DNA from: Draconibacterium sp.
Lineage (GTDB): Bacteria > Bacteroidota > Bacteroidia > Bacteroidales > Prolixibacteraceae
Assembly: GCA_027011835.1 (NCBI GenBank)
Contig: JALUZN010000059.1
Coordinates: forward strand, 1 to 40,508
DNA length: 40,508 nt
Reading direction: 5' to 3'
The stretch's first letter is position 1, and the number at the start of each line of letters is the position of its first letter. A program made the translations under genes and the position numbers. Below, piece by piece: positions 35,253 to 40,508 of this stretch. The notes under the pieces are model-generated. The model was given only the letters and a program-made list of their open reading frames with translations, did no database searches and was not told the origin of the DNA.

Positions 35253-36008
35253 TTATCGAACCACAATCTCTTTCTCTTTCAAATATCTCTTCAGTACCGG
35301 AATGGGTATTTCGTTATAATGAAAAATACTCGCTGCCAGTCCTGCATCGGCTTTTCCTTTTGTAAAAACATCGACAAAATGTTCTTTTGTTCCGGCACCT
35401 CCCGAAGCAATAATTGGTATTTTCAGCATATCGGCCATTTGTGCCAGTTGCCGGTTGGCAAAGCCGTTTTTTGTTCCGTCGTGATTCATCGAAGTAAAGA
35501 GTATTTCGCCGGCACCGCGCTCTTCGGCCTCTTTTGCCCACGAAAAAAGCTCTTTATCGGTTGCTATTCTCCCGCCATTCACGGTAACTCGCCAGTGGTT
35601 GTTTTCGGTGCTGCGAGCATCAATTGCCACAATTACAAACTGGCTGCCGAAGTTACGTGCCAAATCGTCAATCAACTGCGGATTTTTTACCGCCGACGAG
35701 TTAATTGATATTTTGTCGGCACCGGCACTTAACAGTTTGTCGGCATCGGCAAGTTCACTAATTCCTCCGCCAACGGTAAACGGAATATCGACATTTGCTG
35801 CAATTCGTTTTACCAGCTCCACAAAAGTTTTACGGCCTTCGTGTGTTGCCGTAATATCCAGAAAAACCAATTCGTCGGCACCGTCGGCAGCGTATTTTGC
35901 ACCCAATTCAACCGGGTCGCCCACCTCTTTGATGTCAACAAAATTGATTCCCTTAACGGTTTGCCCGTTACGGATATCTAAACATGGTATGATTCGTTTT
36001 GCAAGCAT
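35253..36008 (-). CDS. hisF: imidazole glycerol phosphate synthase cyclase subunit
   Basis: [43 protein letters not shown]. Confidence 0.96.
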   Translation of the reverse strand: MLAKRIIPCLDIRNGQTVKGINFVDIKEVGDPVELGAKYAADGADELVFLDITATHEGRKTFVELVKRIAANVDIPFTVGGGISELADADKLLSAGADKISINSSAVKNPQLIDDLARNFGSQFVIVAIDARSTENNHWRVTVNGGRIATDKELFSWAKEAEERGAGEILFTSMNHDGTKNGFANRQLAQMADMLKIPIIASGGAGTKEHFVDVFTKGKADAGLAASIFHYNEIPIPVLKRYLKEKEIVVR

Positions 36009-36032
36009 TTTTTTAAGTTATTCAGTTCGCTA

Positions 36033-36490
36033 GGCAGAAGGCAGAAGTTTTCAGTTCTTCTTTTTATTGTTCCTGATTACCGAAATTAAACTAGATAGCA
36101 TTTTTTCAATTTCGATACTTAATTCGTTTAACTGATTAAATTTTTCTTGAGAAAGATAATCCAATCTAAAACTTATTTCCAATTGTGTCTGAAACTCATA
36201 AAGAGAACCTGAGGCAATTTGCAAAAAACGTACATAATCTCCTGAACTGTTTCTTCCATAACCTTCTGCAATATTACTTGGCACTGAAACAGCACTTCGC
36301 TTAATTTGAGATATAAGATTATAGACCTCCTCATTTGGGAATTGATTGGTTGCTTTATAAACAAGCATAACCAAATCTATTGATTTTTGCCAAACGATTA
36401 AGTCCCTGTATGTTTTCACACTAAAAATATTAAAGTATTTACTTCTCTTTTTTTCTAATAACTTCTTACTTCTGCCTGCTTAACTTCTTA
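36033..36490. repeat. inverted heptamer tracts flanking the four-helix-bundle gene
   Basis: GGCAGAA GGCAGAA GT (36033-36048) and ACTTCTT ACTTCTG CCTGCTT AACTTCTT (36461-36489); AGGCAGAAGT (36039-36048) and ACTTCTGCCT (36468-36477) are a perfect 10 bp inverted repeat. Confidence 0.75.
36051..36419 (-). CDS. four helix bundle protein (23S rRNA intervening-sequence protein / Avd-like fold)
   Basis: YRDLIVWQKS, FPNEEVYNLISQIKRSAVSVPSNIAEGYGR, FLQIASGSLYE; GTG start. Confidence 0.92.
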   Translation of the reverse strand: MKTYRDLIVWQKSIDLVMLVYKATNQFPNEEVYNLISQIKRSAVSVPSNIAEGYGRNSSGDYVRFLQIASGSLYEFQTQLEISFRLDYLSQEKFNQLNELSIEIEKMLSSLISVIRNNKKKN

Positions 36491-37222
36491 CTGTTTTATA
36501 AACTCCTCAATTTCCTTCAAAGATATTCTATTTTCGTAAATTGCTTTTCCCACAATCACTCCCGGCACGTCCATTTCATTTAATTTTAATATGTCGTTCA
36601 TTGTTGCAATTCCTCCGCTGGCAATAATTTCGACTGCGGGGAGCCGATTCATTATTTTTTCGTAGAGATCAAAAGCCGGGCCTGTTAACATTCCATCGCG
36701 ACTAATATCGGTTGAAATCACTTTAACAATTCCTTTTTTATAAAAGTCGGAGATAAATTCTATTACCGGCAGTTCTGTGGTTTCAATCCATCCACCAACA
36801 GCGATATTTCCGTTTTTAGCATCGGCACCTAGAATTATTTTTTCACTTCCGTATTTTTCGAGCCAGCTTAAAAAAGTATCGCGGTCTTTTACGGCAATGC
36901 TTCCGCCGGTAACCATTTTTGCGCCCGAGTTAAAAGCAATCTCCAAATCTTTATCCGATTTTAAACCACCACCAAAATCAATAATTAAGTTTGTTTTTGT
37001 TGAAATGGTCTCCAGCACTTTATGGTTAACAATGTGTTTTGCTTTTGCACCGTCTAAATCAACCAAATGCAGGCGTTTAATTCCTGCTGCCTCGAACATT
37101 TTTGCCACCTCAAGCGGGTTTTCGTTATAAACGGTTTTTTGGTTGTAATCGCCTTGTGACAGACGAACACATTTTCCGCCTATTAAATCGATTGCAGGTA
37201 TTATTTCTATTTTGTTTTTCAT
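36488..37222 (-). CDS. hisA: ProFAR isomerase
   Basis: [38 protein letters not shown]. Confidence 0.96.
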   Translation of the reverse strand: MKNKIEIIPAIDLIGGKCVRLSQGDYNQKTVYNENPLEVAKMFEAAGIKRLHLVDLDGAKAKHIVNHKVLETISTKTNLIIDFGGGLKSDKDLEIAFNSGAKMVTGGSIAVKDRDTFLSWLEKYGSEKIILGADAKNGNIAVGGWIETTELPVIEFISDFYKKGIVKVISTDISRDGMLTGPAFDLYEKIMNRLPAVEIIASGGIATMNDILKLNEMDVPGVIVGKAIYENRISLKEIEEFIKQ

Positions 37223-37230
37223 AATTTATT

Positions 37231-37359
37231 TTTCTCGCAAAGGCGCTAAGCCGCAAAGGTAAAAAGTTAAATCTGTAAAATTAAACGTCATTCCGAACTT
37301 GTTTCGGAATCTCTGAGTAAAAAGAGATGCTGAGCTGTCAACTGACGGACAGTATGACG
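37231..37359. repeat. short R1 motif plus family-C pair between argF' and hisA
   Basis: TTTCTCGCAAAGGCGCTAAGCCGCAAAGG; CGTCATTCCGAACTTGTTTCGGAATCT (37286-37312); AGATGCTGAGCTGTCAACTGACGGACAGTATGACG (37325-37359). Confidence 0.82.
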
Positions 37360-37387
37360 AACTGATTGAATTTCAGTAAATAGATAA

Positions 37388-38335
37388 CTATAACTCTTCT
37401 AAAATCATTTTAATAACTGCCTGCGCGGTAACTTCGCGGTTGGCAGCCTGTTCTATTACAATAGAATTTTCGCTGTCGATAACGCCATCGGTAACAACTA
37501 CGTTGCGGCGAACCGGCAAACAGTGCATAAATTTGGCGTTGTTTGTAAGCGCCATCTTCTCTTCGTTAACGGTCCAGTTTTGGTCTTTCGAAAGCACTTT
37601 GCCGTAATGGGTGTACGACGACCAGTTTTTTGCGTAGATAAAATCGGCCCCTTCGAAAGCTTTTTTCTGGTCGTATTCCACTTTTACATCGCCCATAAAT
37701 TCCGGAGCCAGCTCGTAACCTTCGGGGTGGGTAACTACTCGTTCGTAATCGGTTTCGCGCATCCACTCCACAAACGAGTTGGCAACGGCCTGTGGCAGTG
37801 CTTTCGGGTGTGGCGCCCAGGTTAAAACCACTTTGGGCCGCTCCTTCGTTTTAAACTCCTCGATGGTAACCAAATCGGCATAACTTTGCAGCGGGTGGCG
37901 GGTTGCGCCTTCCATACTTACAACCGGTACTCCGGCGTGTTCAACAAACTGATTAATAATTTTTTCCGAATAGTCGTCGTTTCTGTTTTCGAAGCGGGCA
38001 AAAGCACGAACGCCAATTATGTCGCAATAGTTGCCTATTACCGGAATTGCTTCCAAAAGGTGCTCCGGTTTGTCGCCGTCCATAATTACTCCCAACTCCG
38101 ATTCCAGTTGCCAGCTGTCGCCGTTTACATTCATTACCATCGTGTTCATTCCCATATTCATAGCTGCTTTTTGCGTGCTTAAACGGGTACGTAAACTGGA
38201 GTTGAAAAATACCAGAACCATAGTCTTGTTTTTCCCGAGATGCTGAAATCCAAACGGATTTTTCTTTACTTCGAAAGCGGTTTCTATCGCCTCCTGAATA
38301 CTTGGTATATCTTTTACTGATGTATAATTTTTCAT
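37388..38335 (-). CDS. argF': N-succinylornithine (or N-acetylornithine) carbamoyltransferase
   Basis: SSLRT, MDGDKPEH, HPLQ, TWAPHPKALPQAV, MHCLPVRRN: Bacteroides-type transcarbamylase. Confidence 0.88.
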   Translation of the reverse strand: MKNYTSVKDIPSIQEAIETAFEVKKNPFGFQHLGKNKTMVLVFFNSSLRTRLSTQKAAMNMGMNTMVMNVNGDSWQLESELGVIMDGDKPEHLLEAIPVIGNYCDIIGVRAFARFENRNDDYSEKIINQFVEHAGVPVVSMEGATRHPLQSYADLVTIEEFKTKERPKVVLTWAPHPKALPQAVANSFVEWMRETDYERVVTHPEGYELAPEFMGDVKVEYDQKKAFEGADFIYAKNWSSYTHYGKVLSKDQNWTVNEEKMALTNNAKFMHCLPVRRNVVVTDGVIDSENSIVIEQAANREVTAQAVIKMILEEL

Positions 38336-38346
38336 GTGTTAAAATT

Positions 38347-38381
38347 TAGAATCAAGATACAAGAGTCAAGACACAAGACAA
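38347..38381. repeat. heptamer tract (AAGANNC) upstream of argF'
   Basis: TAGAATC AAGATAC AAGAGTC AAGACAC AAGACAA. Confidence 0.7.
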
Positions 38382-38562
38382 GAAAGTTAGTGCTTCAACT
38401 TAATCATGCTCCTGTGTGTGAAATCTTTTATCATGAATGTTTCATTTTTTTTGAACCACATCGTCACATTAGTTCATATAGTTTTCTATTGTGTTCCAAT
38501 ATGCCTATTGTGGTAGATTTTTATTTCAGTCGAACTTGGTAATTTTACTGATTAGAAAGTTT

Positions 38563-38883
38563 TTATGGTTTTTGTTTTATTCTACGTCCAATTCTTTTAT
38601 CATCAGGACTTCTTCTGCAATCCCAAATCATAATAATCAAAATCAACTGTTCGAAAACCTCATATATTATTTGATAATTTCCTGTAATTAATGCTCTTAC
38701 GGCAGTGTAATTTGTTTTGGTGCCAATAAAAGGATTTTTAGAAATCAACCAGATACTTTTATTAATTTTTGTATTTAATTTTTTGCTATAAGTTGTTGTG
38801 CCATTTCTGTTTATATAAAATTCAAGAATATTATATAAATCAGCTTTTGCTTCAACCGACCACTCTATTTTGTGTTTAGCCAT
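38563..38883 (-). CDS. type II toxin, RelE/ParE family
   Basis: IEWSVEAKADLYNI, NPFIG, YQIIYE, IWDCRRSP; overlaps the upstream small ORF by 19 nt. Confidence 0.85.
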   Translation of the reverse strand: MAKHKIEWSVEAKADLYNILEFYINRNGTTTYSKKLNTKINKSIWLISKNPFIGTKTNYTAVRALITGNYQIIYEVFEQLILIIMIWDCRRSPDDKRIGRRIKQKP

Positions 38884-39101
38884 TGGTCAATTTCTTTCTG
38901 CAACTCGTTGTGGGTAATTGTTTTGCCGTTTTTTAAATCCTTTCGGGCAGAATCAATTCGCTCTTCCTGATAACTGCTTAACTCATAAGTGTCTCCTGAT
39001 ATTTTTGTTTCGATAATTGTTTTTAGAGCCGTTAAAAACGGCTTATCATCAATTTGCGACAAATGTTCTATTATAAAATGTTTTAATTCAATTGTGCTCA
39101 T
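38865..39101 (-). CDS. putative cognate antitoxin (addiction module component)
   Basis: 78 aa, LSSYQEERIDSARKDLKNGK..HNELQKEIDQWL; own TATATTTG -7 box at 39116-39123. Confidence 0.75.
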   Translation of the reverse strand: MSTIELKHFIIEHLSQIDDKPFLTALKTIIETKISGDTYELSSYQEERIDSARKDLKNGKTITHNELQKEIDQWLNTK

Positions 39102-39137
39102 AACATCCTTTTTTACAAATATACAATTTTAGTTACG

Positions 39138-40388
39138 TTATTTCGGACGAATCTGTCCGCTGCCTTCAATTATCCATTTGTAGCTGGTGAGCTCTTCGAG
39201 TGCCATTGGCCCGCGGGCGTGTAGCTTTTGTGTGCTGATACCGATTTCGGCTCCCAGTCCGAATTGTGCACCATCGGTAAATGCGGTCGATGCGTTGGAG
39301 TAAATCGACGATGCATCGATTACTTTTCGGAATGTGTTAATTCGTCCGGCATCTTCCGTTACAATTGCCTCGCTGTGTTTCGAGCTGTACTGGTTGATAT
39401 GCGAAATGGCTTCGTCGAAAGAAGAGACGGTTTTAATTGCCATTTTCATCGATAAAAATTCTGTTCCGAACGACTCTTCGGTTGCAGGGAAAAGCAGCTC
39501 GCCGGGATAAATGTCTTTTATTTTTTCGAACGATTTTTCGTCGGCATAAATTACCACTTCTTGCGTGGCAAGTTTTTTGGCAAACTCCGGTAAATCATTT
39601 AACCGGCTTTCGTGAATAACAAAACAGTCGAGTGCATTACAAACCGAAACGCGGCGTGTTTTTGCATTGAAAACAATTTCAACCCCTTTATTCAGGTCGC
39701 CAAATTCGTCGAAATAGGTGTGACAAATTCCCGCTCCGGTTTCAATTACCGGAATGGTTGCATTCTCGCGCACATAATTAATTAACCCCTGACTTCCGCG
39801 TGGAATTACAAGGTCGATGTATTTATTGGCGCGCAACATTTCGTCGGTCTCTTCGCGGCCTGCCGGAAGAAGTGTTACCGTATTTTCGTCGATATTAAAT
39901 TTTCGCAATACATTTTGAATGATGGAAACAATTGCCTTGTTCGAGTTAATTGCATCGCTGCCACCCTTTAAAACACAGGCATTCCCCGATTTTAAATTGA
40001 GAGCAAAAACGTCGAATGTTACATTTGGCCGTGCTTCGTAAATAATTCCAATTACGCCGAACGGTACCGTAACTTTGTTTATTTTTAGTCCGTTTGGTCG
40101 AATTGTCTCTTTCAGTATTTTCCCAACGGGGCTCTCTAAACGGGCAACATTTTCAATGTCGGCGGCAATCCCTTCAATTCGTTCTCCGGTAAGTTTTAAC
40201 CGGTCGAATTTCGGGTCGGCAGCATCCATTCTGTCTAAATCTTTTTGGTTCTCAGCAAGAATAAAACTGCTGTTTTTTCGTGCTTCGTTTGCCAAATCGA
40301 GCAGTACTTCCTGCACTTTTGTATCTTCAATTAAGTTTAATTTTCGCGATGCTGCGAGTACATCTTGTAGCTGTTTTTCAATCTTCAT
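39138..40388 (-). CDS. proA: gamma-glutamyl phosphate reductase
   Basis: [64 protein letters not shown]. Confidence 0.96.
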   Translation of the reverse strand: MKIEKQLQDVLAASRKLNLIEDTKVQEVLLDLANEARKNSSFILAENQKDLDRMDAADPKFDRLKLTGERIEGIAADIENVARLESPVGKILKETIRPNGLKINKVTVPFGVIGIIYEARPNVTFDVFALNLKSGNACVLKGGSDAINSNKAIVSIIQNVLRKFNIDENTVTLLPAGREETDEMLRANKYIDLVIPRGSQGLINYVRENATIPVIETGAGICHTYFDEFGDLNKGVEIVFNAKTRRVSVCNALDCFVIHESRLNDLPEFAKKLATQEVVIYADEKSFEKIKDIYPGELLFPATEESFGTEFLSMKMAIKTVSSFDEAISHINQYSSKHSEAIVTEDAGRINTFRKVIDASSIYSNASTAFTDGAQFGLGAEIGISTQKLHARGPMALEELTSYKWIIEGSGQIRPK

Positions 40389-40430
40389 TTTATTTATTTT
40401 CTTGAATCATAAAAGAATTAATAGAACACA

Positions 40431-40508
40431 TTAGCTTTTATTTTCGAGATATAAAAAATCGTAATGCACCAGTGGTTTTTGTTTGTCCGATTTCATTTCG
40501 GCCTCAAC
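40431..40508 (-). CDS. proB: C-terminal fragment of glutamate 5-kinase (runs off the window)
   Basis: Translates VEAEMKSDKQKPLVHYDFLYLENKS*, resembling the PUA-domain tail of ProB; directly upstream of proA. Confidence 0.65.
   Translation of the reverse strand, partial: VEAEMKSDKQKPLVHYDFLYLENKS

Noticed and set aside
35181-35708. 175-aa + strand ORF and the many other antisense or shadow ORFs in the track
   Set aside because: Antisense to well-supported genes (hisF, lysC, cusA, E1 and others) with no recognisable motifs.
36051-36419. Diversity-generating retroelement or rRNA intervening sequence
   Set aside because: No reverse transcriptase, no TR/VR pair with adenine-specific mismatches, and no rRNA gene in the window.

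Overview
AT-rich bacterial chromosomal segment, very likely Bacteroidota. Evidence: TAnnTTTG -7 promoter boxes, two proteins with T9SS-type C-terminal domains, an SOTCase-type argF' and Bacteroidota-style heavy-metal genes; a marine Prolixibacteraceae/Marinilabiliales relative is a guess only. Coding content is mostly housekeeping (deoC, xseAB, lysC, proB end, proA, argF', hisA/F/IE). It also holds a GntR-controlled fused-E1 + E2 2-oxoacid dehydrogenase pair without E3, an ~11.5 kb Cus-like/CDF/Fur/AraC heavy-metal cluster, a RelE/ParE toxin-antitoxin pair, and secreted S8, DUF3160 and MORN-repeat proteins. The unusual layer is intergenic: at least six distinct families of short palindromic or heptamer repeats sit at many gene junctions. 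Two families directly bracket small stand-alone genes. A 97-aa GIY-YIG nuclease (13411-13704) sits inside about 10 full or partial GTCATTGCGAG...GCAATCTG palindromes. A four-helix-bundle (23S-IVP/Avd-like) gene (36051-36419) lies between hisA and hisF, bounded by inverted heptamer tracts. Orphan and nested copies of these repeats occur elsewhere in the window. This suggests (inference, untested) non-transposase small-gene + REP-like mobile systems. All calls are by eye from motifs; no database searches were run.
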